Positions 27,801 through 40,575 of a stretch of DNA of 64,000 bases are shown here, piece after piece. Under the pieces are notes generated by a model. The model had not been told where the DNA came from, searched no databases, and saw only the letters and a program-made list of their open reading frames with translations. The translations under genes were made by a program, and so were the position numbers. Position 1 is the first letter of the stretch. Each line of letters starts with the position of its first letter. This DNA is from Kudoa neothunni (Eukaryota > Animalia > Cnidaria): contig OZ199840.1 in NCBI GenBank assembly GCA_964304625.1, forward strand, positions 717,284-781,283, given 5' to 3'.

Positions 27801-29801
27801 TCAATTTTTATTAAATAATATTAAAATATTATTTATTCAGAAAGTTTGATGACATTTTTTTGAGAAGGAATTTATGCTAGTATATAATGAACGCATTTCC
27901 TCTATGAAATAAGACATTCAAAGTAGAGTGTAAATGAGGTCCATGTCAAAAGCTTCTAAATAATTTTATATAACTTATTCATATAGTATTATATTAGAGA
28001 ATCATTGAAAAACATTAAATAATTGTTTTTTACTTTATATTGTTATGTTAAGAGAACATTATGTAAGAATGGAGCATAAAAAATATCTGTTATATATAAA
28101 TAAAAATATTGATATATTCAAATTAAAGATAAATTTAATTTTTATAAATTAATGACTTTTTAAATATAAAAAATTGTGAAACAATTTAGATTGTGCTAGC
28201 TATAAGTTGCATTTTTGTTTCTCAGAATAATAATCAATAAAAATTATGGCTTTTAATTATATAAATAAAATATAATTAAACTATATTCTTTTAATTATCA
28301 TAAAAAGCACTAAAAAATAATTGTAATCTGCGGACAAAAAAACAAAAGTATTTTTGTTGTACTTTTTTAATGGAGGAATTAATTCAACATCTTAGAGGTG
28401 GAAAAATTGACAATTATAAGTCTTTTAATGATTGTATTTAAAAAAAATATTTAATTGTTAGTAAAATTAGGTACCATGTTATATACACATATTTATTAAT
28501 ATTACAATAATCAAAAATACGTAATTAAACCTTCTAACCATAATTTACACTAACGCACCATGAGGTAAGAAATAATATTATTACAAATCAAATAATAATC
28601 CAAAATAATGATAATTCATAATTTAACAATAAAATCAAAGATTACCTTGTGTCATTTTAGATGTTATTTAAATTTATTGATTATTTTAACATTATATATC
28701 TTTCGTGATCAATAAAATAAAAAATTTACGTTAAAATAAAGAATACGTAAAATATAATAATAATCTTTTGTTAAAATATTAACAATTATTTTTGACGAAT
28801 AATACTCAGGATATTTCAAATATCATATAATTTGACTAACAATTACTTTATAACGGTATTATAATTTTTAATAGATTTCTTTTTATTATTAAATTATTAT
28901 TATTTAATATTATATATTAAATTTATAAAATATTTATTTGAATTAAGAATATAAAAATTAAATATCTCTTAAACTTAATCAATTTGGTCCACTCGATGCA
29001 TTAAAGAAATTCTGATAAACTCTACCCTATCTACGAGGATTGGTTAAAACAGCTCAATTGATATTACTTTAATCCCTCCAAAACGAATTCATACCCTCGA
29101 ATTCTATGTTATTAGAATAAAGATGATTGGTGAAAGATCGAATGCACATATTTTTTAGTTGAGCTAATTGTCGTCTCTAAAATATATCACTCATTTATAA
29201 CCATTTATATTTAAATTACTTGAATCGTAATTCCAGATTGAACATTTTCTTGCGGTAACATATGGCCCATTAGCATCTACATCCAAACTTGTATTGGGAG
29301 AAAATTAAACATATACCTCACAAATAACATCAGTTATGGACTTTTTAAAATAAATAACTAAACAATTATTATATTTAATTTACTAAATTAATCTAATAAA
29401 TCTACTTTTGTTATTTATGCAATGAGCATTTCTGCCACATACAATTCGAGTTTTTATTTCATTAAATCCTGCCACTGGGCGTTCACTAAACTCATTGCAC
29501 ATTTGACTCTATTAAAAATTGTAAGGAATGATTTATTATGAACTGTACAAGCTGTTCATTCATTAAAGAAAGCATTCTACTGTAATTAGAGAATATATAT
29601 TTCAAATGATCGAACGATGTTCTCGTTAAACACACCTAAAAACAAACGTAAACTACATTTTTTGGGACTATAAACCTCAGTACAATTGTCTCTAAAAACG
29701 GGGATTTCTGTTGGAGCACATGCTACACTAAGCACTAAAAACATATTAATGACGTATATGATACAATGTTTACACAAAATTAGAAAATATTTGCTTAACA
29801 T
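24890..29801 (-). CDS. Secreted Cys-rich-domain plus long Thr/Ser/Pro mucin protein, copy A (C-terminus frameshifted/truncated relative to copy B)
   Basis: ATG at 29801, signal-peptide-like MLSKYFLILLLSVACA, and seven small exons (29801-~29095) with in-phase GT-AG introns. A 2.9-kb phase-1 intron joins GAG G to AT TCA at ~26204, then the mucin exon, a 47-nt intron and the last exon. An extra base in the G-run at ~24899-24903 gives TAA at 24890; the homologous stop is at 24665. Confidence 0.8.
25105..26170 (-). repeat. Coding hexamer VNTR (ACATCY/ACACCH; Thr-Ser/Thr-Pro) with higher-order repeats
   Basis: Visible 6-bp periodicity (gatgtg/ggtgtg/gatgta) and recurring peptide blocks TPTLTSTPTPTSIS and TSTQTPTSTSIPT. 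Confidence 0.95.
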
Positions 29802-30595
29802 CTCAACTAATGCAGTATTTTTTAATATTATTTCAAACACAATGCTTTTATACTAGCTTATCGATTAACTGAATTCTTTATTATTTCTTTTGTTTAAAAT
29901 ATGTAATATATTAATTGTTAACATTGTGATAATTATTTATACTAAATATTTAACAGTTATTTGTTCAACTCTAATTTTTTTTTCTTTTGAAATGATAATT
30001 CATTATATCCGTAAATAATCAATACTTATTGTAATATTAGTAGATAATAATCGTAATAATATATTTAACGATGGAGAATGGATCGCAATTATTATATATA
30101 CAAGATAGCTCCTGTATTGGGTTTAATTTATTATTTACGTATTATTTTAATTTTGTTATATTATAAGAATTACGTGATTTTAATAGGTAAATTATATCGG
30201 AACAACTATTATTAAAAAAGATAATTATTTGTTTATAGAATTACATTGAAAATTAATAATTGAAATCAGCTAGTAATATTTTTGTTTTTTATAAGAAAAA
30301 TTAATTTATGAAAGAGGTTTTTTTACTTTTTTGGGGGTTAATTAATATGTGAACATATGTAATCCTGGAAAATAAGATCATACTGTATTCATAAAAAAAG
30401 TTGTTTAAAAAAACAATACACCTTTAAATTCGTTCATGTTGCAAATCACTAATGTAAATATTTGTCCTCTGTTATAATAGAATGATATTATTTTAACATA
30501 GAAGTAATTTGTTATTTAACTGAGTTACTAATAGTGACGTAGGTGAATTTCACACATATTATTGTAATCTGTAAGATTCGTTTTTAATCTATCTA

Positions 30596-31699
30596 TCTAT
30601 ATATAAAGCTGAAGTGTCCGTGTGTGTGTGTCGGCATGTACACATGTGCAATAAAATTTTTTAGAAATCACCTCGTTTCAATACTATTAAATATTACAGA
30701 AGTATTCAGTAAATTGTGATTTTGTCGCTTCAAAGATTTTTAAACAGCTTACTTGAGTTCAACAATAGGATTAATACCTGCTGATGATCGGTTGAAGTTA
30801 AATTCCCTCCTTATAAACTTTATCAAATTTAAATTAAGTGATCTCATCTGACGTTTTATATCATGTTAGCGTGTATATTTATGGTTTTGTGCAAATACAC
30901 TCCTTATTTGCGGAGTTTAAACGTATATGACTTGATAAGTATATTTTAAAAATTCTATAAATTGTTTAAAATATGAGAAAAAGTATATGTTTGCATTTTT
31001 AATAACGATTAGACGAGAAATTCTATAATCAGATAGATTGTAGCTTTATAATACAAGCACCATGTCCGTAGATTTCATTAAAATCTTCCCTTATAATGAA
31101 CTTACATTGTTTAACTTCAATGCAGATGGTTGTACCCTTTCCTCATCTAATTATATAAATTATTTATGTTGATATTGAAGCGATTTTTAGTTGATTATAT
31201 TGGAAAAGTGCTCTAATGTTTTCCCCGGGCCAAACGATGCTAATTTTAGAAATATCAATTAATTTTCGTACGTTTTGTTCTATCTCTATTACTTTTTTTA
31301 TTTTTTTCTCTCAAAAAGTTAGTGGTTCCACAGTTACCGAACCGGGCCAGAATTCGACTTTCGAAAATCCCCCGGATCAAAAAATAACGTTTTAGATAAC
31401 ACTTTAACGGTATTTAAATAATTCGGGAATGATAAAAATACGACACTGACAATAAATTATTTAGCGTTGGTGACGGGCCACGAGATTTTTAAAAGAACAG
31501 CGGGATTTGTACTTTCCTTCACAGAAATGATCATAATTTAAATTTCGCTAATCCAAATCGTTAAAAGTGTGTCATTTAAAAATTTTTAGTTATTTTTCAT
31601 CTATGGGTTAATTTGTAACTTAAATATATTTTATGAATTTTATTAAAAAATACATCTTTGCGAAATCTTCCCCAAGCAACGGTGGGCAGTTCGCGCTAG
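30596..31699 (+). mobile_element. Non-autonomous Helitron, copy A
   Basis: 5' A|TCTATATATAAA followed by a (GT)n tract. 3' imperfect hairpin CCCAAGCAACGGTGGG then CTAG|T. Internal KLFSVGDG resembles the Pif1-helicase LLxIGdG motif. Confidence 0.7.
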
Positions 31700-31853
31700 T
31701 GTATATAAAGTTCTTATGTCTGTTAGTGTGTGTGTTTGCAGCAGTCAATACGCATGTGCTTTGGAGAAACTTTATTTAAATACAACCTTTAGTTCGTGTT
31801 TGAATAGATGATACAATTAATAAAAATCGTTCATTTACTTAGAAGTTCAAGTA

Positions 31854-32079
31854 TAGCCGAGATTGGATACTGCGTAATTCCAAAATTTCGACGTTATTCT
31901 TTTTAGAGAGAAAACTAGTTTTTGTGTATTGTTATTATTTTATAATTTTGTAAAAATCGTTAATATTAAAAAATAAAAAAATTTATTATTTATGTATAAA
32001 GTCCCGTCATTGTGTGGAAACTTTTTTTTTCGCGGTTTTTGCTGGTTCCAGAAACCCACGCAATATCCAATCTCGACTG
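31854..32079. mobile_element. Internally deleted pogo element (MITE-sized derivative of 52348-54314)
   Basis: TA-flanked TIRs TAGCCGAGATTGGATACTGCGT and ACGCAATATCCAATCTCGACTG. Same insertion site as the 1.97-kb element in unit B. Confidence 0.8.
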
Positions 32080-32251
32080 TATAATCAATATCATTATCAG
32101 AAGTAAGGAATTTTCTGGCTGTTTGAATCAATTAAATGATTTTAAGAAATATCTGCATAATATTGATGTTTATTTGCTTCAAAATAATATTCAATTACAA
32201 TAAACTTTTATTCACCACATACAAAGAATATCTGCCGATTATGGTGTATAA

Positions 32252-34896
32252 CAGGGGTCGGCAACAAGAATGGGTTGCCGGGCCGGATAATAAAATTGAA
32301 CTAGAAGGCGGGCCATAATATGTATGAATCATTTAGCTGTAATGAATTTTTTACAATGCAATTGGATACTGGCTAAAGACATTCGCATTGCGATACTTAA
32401 AATTATTTGTTTCAGTGCGACGCGAAAAAAACAAATTTTCAAAATTTATTCTTAAAATTGATATATAATAATTAATGAGAAATTTGTTTATTTGTTTTTT
32501 TCGCTACTTCAGAGATAGAAATTTCCAGCTTCGTTGTAGAGAGCAACAAGATGTCATCGAGATGGTCATCACGTAACCAACTCCGCAACGTACTTTTGGT
32601 ATATTTTAATTTCGAGAATAGCTGTTCGCATGCATAAGTGCTCCTAAATAGCGATATCATAATTTTCGAGTTTTCTAATAAATTTTTGTATTTTCCAGTC
32701 GGCCATAGATAGTTTTTGTAAAAGTTTATAGTAGAAACTCCCAAAAATTTCGACTCCTATCCTTATCTGATTGAAGGTCAATTATTTCTAATTGATACCT
32801 TTCATCTATTTCTTCTACGTCGATTCCATAAAGGGTACTGAAAAGTTCAAAATTATGTTTATGATTTCGAAAGTCGTGAAATCGAGAAGAAAATTCATCC
32901 TTTAAATCAGTAACACCGGCTGAAAACAAATCAACTTGTATATTGTTTTTATGATTTTTTAAGTTAGGAAAATGAGAATAATTACCCATTTGAAGCTGTT
33001 TCTCCCAAAGTTGAAGTTTTCTTCCGAAGGAGGTAACTTGATAAAACATGTCGGACACAAGTTTGTTTTTTCCTTGGAGCTCGAGGTTTAAGTTATCAAT
33101 GTGATTGGAAATATCAGTCAAAAATGCCAATTTAGCAAGCCACAATGGATCTTGAAAACAAGAGTTGTCTTGATTTTTAGCTGCTAGAAAATCGGAAATC
33201 TCATTTTTTAAAACGTACACTCTTTGTAACATGTTTCCACAACTTAGCAATCTAATATTAGAAAAGTATGTCAGATCACCGTATTCAGTTTCCAGGTCAT
33301 TCTAAAATTCTTTAAATTGACGATGATTCAGGCCTTTGGATAAAATAAAATTTACAGATTTTATAACGGACGTCATAACTTCTTTAAAAGGTAACGACTT
33401 GGCGCAGAGTGTGTCTTGGTGAAGAATACAATGTAGTTTAATAAGACTTCTATTATTACCAACATAATTATCCAGCAAAGCAACAAAACCATTTTTTTCA
33501 TCTACAATGGCTGGCTGGTGCTCCATCCATTGTAACCCAAATTAATTTTGATGTGTTAAGGTTCATTTCACTCATCCACTTCATGATACAATCGAATATA
33601 TTTTTTTTCTGTTGTAGTGCTTTTCATTGGAGTTAATTTCGAAAATTCTTCAACAACATTCAATTGTGATGTTATACCCCTCATAAAAACTGCAAGTTAT
33701 GCGGTATCCGTCATATCGGTAGTTTCGTCGATAACAATTGAAAAATATTCATGGAATTCGAAAGCATTTATTAGTTTAGTTCTTAAAGTTCCTGCTATAT
33801 CCTCGATACGTCTCGCAACAGTTCTTCCTGATAGACTGATTTCGGGAAACAATTTTTCTTTCTCAGGGCATACTATTTCAAAATCTTTAAGTAGCATTTC
33901 TTTGAAAAATTTTCCATCAGTAAAAGGCTTCATCCTTTTGGCAATCAAATTTGATATTTCATAACTAGCCAAAGTAATTTTACGATTATTTTCAACTTGA
34001 TTTGTAAAAAATGATGATTGTTTTGTCAAGTTTTTTTCCAGATGCTCTATTTCTTTTTCTCTTTCTAGTTCTGTAAATCCGTCATAACGACTGCGATGAA
34101 TTTCGTAGTCTCTTTTAACATTAGTAATTTTTTTAACTGCGACACTTCCATAGCAAATTAAACACAGACATCTATCAAAATGCTCAACAATAAAGTATTT
34201 TACTGTCCAATCTTCTTTGAAAGTTCTTTTTTCAGAATCAACATTTCTTTTCCTACCTTCCATTTCAAGGAATTTAACACACGAGGGAGATTAATGAGTT
34301 CAAACACACGTATCATTAAATTTTGACATATTCAATAACAACTCAATAATAGGTGTCCATAATACCTTGTTTGCTTTTAATTTTTTTGTATCTTATCATC
34401 GATTGAATAATTGTTGAAACGTCGCTATTATAAATTTGGAATATCATACGCTGCAGCCAAGTACAAATATAACTAGCACTCGAGGTTTTTTACATAGAAA
34501 TGACTAATTTTATATTAATTCTTATTTAAAGTTGACTTTATTGATGTTGAACTTAATATTTTCTATGATTAAACGATGGGTCGAATTTGCAAAAATCAAT
34601 AATTAAACTTCTGCTCCTCCACAATAGGACTAGCACTATAAAATTAATAATACTACTAAAAAAACTGATGTTAAGAATATTATAACTTTTATTTTGTTTC
34701 GTCTACATTATATTTAAACAAGTGGATAATATATAATTAACTCCGATTAATTTGCTATTAAACATCTTTATGCGGTGAAACGATCGATTATAAAAATTAA
34801 ACAAATTATACAATCTCTATCGGTCAAACAAAGTTTTTATAATTGATAGCCTCGAGGGCCAAATTTGGCCCGCGGGTCGGTCGTTGCCGACCCCTG
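32252..34896 (-). mobile_element. hAT transposon (GTF2IRD2/SPIN/Buster-like) with pseudogenised transposase; unit A only
   Basis: Perfect 14-bp TIR CAGGGGTCGGCAAC/GTTGCCGACCCCTG and near-8-bp TSD GTGTATAA/GTGTATGT. Fragmented ORFs 34263-32472 (RTFKEDW..CLCLIC, FSIVIDETTD, HCILHQ, LFRSTYACEQLFS). Empty site at ~54480. Confidence 0.92.
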
Positions 34897-36879
34897 GTGT
34901 ATGTTTTATAAATATTATATACGCTTGTTTGGTGATATTTTAAGACAAATAAAACTATAAGCACCACATTTAAAAGATTTATAGCATTTAACTTAAAATT
35001 ATAAGCATAAACAAATTATTTAAGATATATATTCATCCTCAAGTATTATAGAATATTTTAAGCAAAATGACTTAAGATCATTTTAAACATAACACATAAT
35101 TTGAGATTTCAAATTGTGGCCACGTTGGAATAATTTGAGTCTCTATCCGCATTCTAAATACGATGTAAGATATATATATTTTTCAAATAATTAAATTTTT
35201 GTGAATGTTTTTTATCAAATATATTGATTAAGATTGAAACTATATTCGGTTTTCGATAAGTTTTTACTCATTTTTTGGTTTTCCTAGACTTTCTTGTAAA
35301 ACAGGTGGCATCACTTATTCCATAAATTTCTATATTTGATGAGATAATTTTTTAACTAGTGTTTTAATTCTTTTAACCTAATTATTCCTTACCCCCAGAC
35401 TTTGAGGTTAATATTCAAATCAATATATAATTTTCTTTTCGCTAAAAATAATTCATCATGATATAAAAGTAGCATGAAAATATGCGACACCGCATTCTAT
35501 ACATAGTTTAAGCATTTATATTCACGATTACTTTTGCATAAAATACAGTCCCTTCTCAATCTCAACACGTGCCACATAAGTTAATAAAAAATTATTGGTC
35601 TATTCGATTTAACCGATATTTTCACAATGTTTTCGTTAATCTAAGAATGGTTCAATAAAAAGAAACTTTTTTTGAGCAATCAAATAGTATGTTTATTAGT
35701 AAAGGGATACACTACTACGAGAAAGTTAGTTGATACTTAAGTATTTTAGCATTATTGTAATTTTTCAAATCAAAAACATCTTTACATTTTAGATTTAATC
35801 GTATTTTGATAATTAAATTTGTATATTTTTTAACCAATAAGTATTTTTGTTAAAATGAAAGGTTTCATTTATTTAAAAATCAGTAAAATTTTTATAATAT
35901 TGAATACGTAAGTTATCATTCACAGCATTTTAAAACATCATTAACCTCTTTTATAAAATTGAAAAAATTGAAAAAAAGGAGTAACAATTAATATTTTTAT
36001 TACTGAAGCCTTTTAGATCGATTTTATTTTTTTTATCGTTTGTAAACTAATAATACATTTAATAACCAGAAGGATTAATGTTTATCGCAAAATTTTTAAA
36101 AGAACTGAAGGTACTATTTAGGTTGTTTAATGCTTTTTTTAATAAATAAATAAATGAACTTTAATCGTTAATTATATCGCTTATTAAATTAAGGTGGTTA
36201 TATTCTTGGACATTAATTTGTAAAATAAACTTAAAAATACTCATTAATTTCCTTAAATACCTCTACTTATATATGAATGGAAAGTGTGTGCATATTTTTG
36301 TTTATCTAAATAATCATATTTCAAAAATAATGACAAGTTTTAAAATGCATCAATGAAAATAGAAAAATAAAATTTTTTGGGTATAACGTGCCAATTAAAT
36401 TAACATTAACGTAGAATTTCTCCATTCAAAAATAAAACTTAAAGTTCAAATTTTCCATCGCATAATACTAAGCAAAGCTAGGCATTAGTGCAGGTTGTTT
36501 AATAATTCGATTATATATATATATATATCATTGTTTTCCAAAGTGAGCTGTTTTCACCTAGATAAAAAAATTTTAATTAGGTGTTGGGCTTGTTTTTTTA
36601 AAGAATATTGAGAAAATGATTGTCAGTTTGATAACATTTTTCTCGTTTTTCCATAATGTATATAGTCGATGACAGGTGATGAAACTTTCTAAAATATGTA
36701 AAAATTAGAAATTATAAATACAATGAACTATTGAATTTTAACTCAAAATACACATTAGAGTAAATACATTAAATGAAAAAAATATTGGTCATCTAATAAT
36801 TAAATTTTTGTGTTTCCCTTATTTTTATAGATTGATGCGTGATTCGAAACTTTTCGGGTGAGGGAACGTCTATACTTTC

Positions 36880-37800
36880 TTTTATAAACTATTGACTGAA
36901 AATGAAAATACAAAAAATGTTGGATTGATTTCGGAAAACTATAAAATAATCAATTATTTTGGCAGTCGATCAAAAGCAGTGATAAAAACAAGAACCACAA
37001 AACATTTTAATGCATCATCCTTATCTATGTTATTTAGTTTAAAATGGAAAGGATGATATAATTGGCGCAGTTTGGTCTAAGAAAATACGACATACTTTAG
37101 TTTAAAAACAATAGAGGAATGATTTTTTGTTTTTAGACAAAGCCAGCTGTCATGTAAAATTGGAATATTCGAATATTAAACTAATTTTTCTTCCAAAAAA
37201 CACTCCGAATGCTCTCCGACCAGTAGATCATAGCATAATATACTGGTCTAAATTCCATTACAAAGTATACACGAAAAGACGCCGCATTTCTTTCATCAAA
37301 TATTCGATGGAAACTATACTTCCAAATATTTTGAATGCACTTTTTTGATTGCAAATTCTTGGGATTCGACGATTGAATCAACTGTTTTTAATTTTCATTG
37401 CTGCGAAATCTAATCGAACAATATATTTCTACTAATACCGACGATTTAGATAAAACGACTATTAAAATTTATAATAAAAATTTTCTGATGAGATAAATGG
37501 AATGAATAATGATGAAAAAATATCGAACTGCATGGATATCGGGAATGAAAATCATTCTGATGAACATGAATAATCATAAAAGTTGGTGAATATTCTGACT
37601 ATGCTACCGAAACTGAAATCAAAATGAATATTTATTAGTTCAAATAAAAAAAATAATTGTATTAATTTCTAAAAATTCCCTATTTTACTTTGGAAAAATT
37701 AAGCAATACCTTATCGAACATGGTTCGAAAAATAAATTTTATTAATTATCAACTCCTACCTTTTGTGATTTGGAACCAAGGATCGCGCACATTTACAACG
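36880..37800 (+). mobile_element. Decayed pogo/Tigger DDE remnant (duplicate at ~56460-57400)
   Basis: ORF 37127-37348 FLDKASCH..IKLIFLPKNTPNALRPVDHSII matches the DDE_1 pattern LLxDNxxxH..FLPxNTTxxLQPxDxxII. Confidence 0.7.
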
Positions 37801-38916
37801 AGTTACGAACGATCCGTCCGTCATCCATTGTACAATCATATTTTCCCATTAGAATTTTTTATTCGGATCTTTAGTAGAAATAACATAAATAGGCAATTAT
37901 TTTGGCGAAACTTGAAGAGATCGGCGTTGAGAATATCTGTCAACCCACTCAGAGTCATTTTAATCTAGAATTTATTATAGAATAGTATAAGGAAGGGGCT
38001 GTTGACACGGGTCATAATATCTAGGCAGGTGTAGGTTTGACCTCATTTAATTGTTCTGGCCCTTAGAAGCAGTAGCGATGGGCCAAAAAGTTAAATAAAG
38101 CAGATTATAAAAAATTAAAATTAATAAACTACACATACGAGTTAATGTGATTAAAAAGGGGAACTATACATGCGTAATTTCCATTTTGGATTAAAAACTC
38201 CCGTGTCATAACCAATGCCATAGTATAATCAACTATTAGTCATCGAATTAATAAGGTATATTTTTCTATTTATTTTACTTAGTTATTAAGGTTAATATGA
38301 ATGGCGAAAAAATTGTTTCGAAGTGTTATAAATTTTGGCGATCATTTATACGTTAACAATTTTTTTAAATTTATTTATTTTTGACGTTATTAATCTCAAA
38401 GTGATTTTTAGATTGCACTATATATTAATGATTAAAAATAAATTATTATTTATCAAAGTAATTATAGACTTATATGGGATATTATTTTTTCGCCTTTTAA
38501 ATTAGTCATGTTTACTGTATCCATAATTTTCCTTTTGTTATTTATCATAATAATTAAAAAAATAATTTAAAATTATGTAACTGTATGTTTGTTTTTAAAC
38601 TTGTTTAAATACGAATGGTTGCAAATTGTTATGTTGATACTTATTACTTACTTAGATTGATATTATTGATAACAAAATCATCAATTTTTTTATTAAATCT
38701 CATAATTTTTGTTGAAAATCAACATAATTTTTAAAATATAAACAAATAATATAAATACTTTTAATGAATAAATAATTATATCATAATTTTTTGTTATAAA
38801 TTTATATTTATAATAATTAATATGTAATAGATCAAATTCTAAAATAAGATTTTTTAAATTAAATAAATATCAAATAAAAAACCAAAATTCTAAATATTTT
38901 CTTCATCGATATGAGT

Positions 38917-38998
38917 TTAAATTCTATTCTTCCAGTATCCAAAATAAAATCCAGCTCCAATAACAACAAAAGCTATCGGAACTACTGTAGCAATAATT
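38917..38998 (-). pseudogene. Orphan TM exon of the FN3-like gene; the rest of the gene is deleted in unit A
   Basis: Matches exon 58506-58587 (IIATVVPIAFVVIGAGFYFGYWKNRI*). The junction at ~39044-39052 jumps to sequence homologous to 61755. Confidence 0.85.
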
Positions 38999-40575
38999 CT
39001 AAAGATAAAAATTAAACAAGACATCATTACTCATTATACATTGTTTTAGTTGTATATAAATTAGAAATCTCTACAAAGTATATAATAAATCAATTATTCT
39101 ATTTTCAAATATTACTCTAACGTATTATAAAAAATCCTAACCTATTCCTCATTATTTTTTTTGTACTTTAATTATTTCACAATTTATTATAATTTATATA
39201 TCAAATAATTCCGATTTAGTTATACATACGCTTCGTACAAAATTATTAATTTTGATGTCAAAAAAGTTTTTGTCTATTCATATTTTTATCATTTTCATTA
39301 ATTCCTCCTATTTTATGTTATTTTTATATTCATTGTTCATAGTTATAATTTATAAACTTTGTTTATATGTTCTTCGAAAAATTAAAAAAAAAACTTTTTT
39401 TGCTCAATTATTAGAGAAAATCTTTACACTTCATCCTTCATTTGAACCAATTACATCTCATGTTATTATTATTTTGCTTAAAGCTTTGCTAGATCACGGA
39501 AGTTTTATAAATGAGGACGTTATTTACCCCCATACGCATGATGGGAATAATTTTGATGGTCGCCTGATTTAATGTGTGATTCTTGTAAATATAGCATACG
39601 GAATTAATTAAGTCGATCATTAATAAATTTCCAAGATTCATTATTTACAATAAATAATTATAATTTGTCTTTATAGACACTTTAAAACTGATAACATTAA
39701 AATCACATAACCCATTATTTTTTTAAACTTCAAATAATGTGTAAACAATTTTTAGTGTACTTTAAAAATGAGGAATAATTATAATAGGAAAATTCTAAAT
39801 AATAATATATACTTAAAAAAGAAAATAGTATTTTATTTCTCAAACATTTGTCATAGAGTCTAAATCAGTAGAAATATGCTTCTTTTAGAAATAGAAGAAT
39901 TTACAGATAATTATTTTAAATAATTATAAATTTTATATGTAATCAACGTGGGTGATTCGTAGTTCGTTGTGTAGTGTAGTTTGTAATTTGAGAAAATGTC
40001 AAAAATTTAACTTACACATAATATTATAATAAATTATGTAATTTTAATCTATTTTAAACGATATTTTACCATTAAGAAAATAACTTATTAATGTCGAAAA
40101 TGCTTAATTATGTTTTTAAGGATTATTTTTTAGTGAAGTGTAGTTCGTAAATGTTCTTACGGGTTGAAATTTTTGATTTCGATTAACGTCAGAATGTGAA
40201 AAGAGAAAATATTGAGTCAATAATTTAGAAGAGAAATATGAAATAATAATGTTTTTCCAATAACAAGCGAAGGCGTGGAACGGAAACAATATTGAAAAAT
40301 ACGATTAGATAATTGATTTTGAAAGTGGTAGTAACTGTAACAAAGACCAAAATTTTCATACGTTCGATCACTGAGAAAGAAAAATTATTCCATTCAAAAT
40401 TACCTCTCTCTCATTTGTCTGATTAGGACATTACTTGAAATATCATAATTTTCATAGTTATTAACATCAAACGGATATTGAACAAGAAGTACACAATATA
40501 ATTGTCAGAAAACTTAAGAATATAACTATAACTAAATAATTTACCTCTAAGTAACATATTATAATTGATTTAAAG

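Larger units (their letters stand above)
31701..36495 (+). mobile_element. Possible older, degenerate Helitron hosting nested pogo and hAT elements
   Basis: Starts TATATAAAG..GTGTGTGTGT immediately after the first Helitron's CTAGT and ends in a degenerate hairpin CTAAGCAAAGCTAGG..TGCAGGT at ~36468-36494. Boundaries are weak. Confidence 0.35.

Noticed and set aside
38000-38210. Possible MITE with TGACACGGG/CCCGTGTCA ends (also ~57590-57797)
   Set aside because: Only a 9-bp inverted match and no TSD.
39252-39572. 106-aa hydrophobic ORF
   Set aside because: F/I/L/K-rich translation of AT-rich DNA with a TTG start; the frame is not preserved in the duplicate at ~61955-62270.
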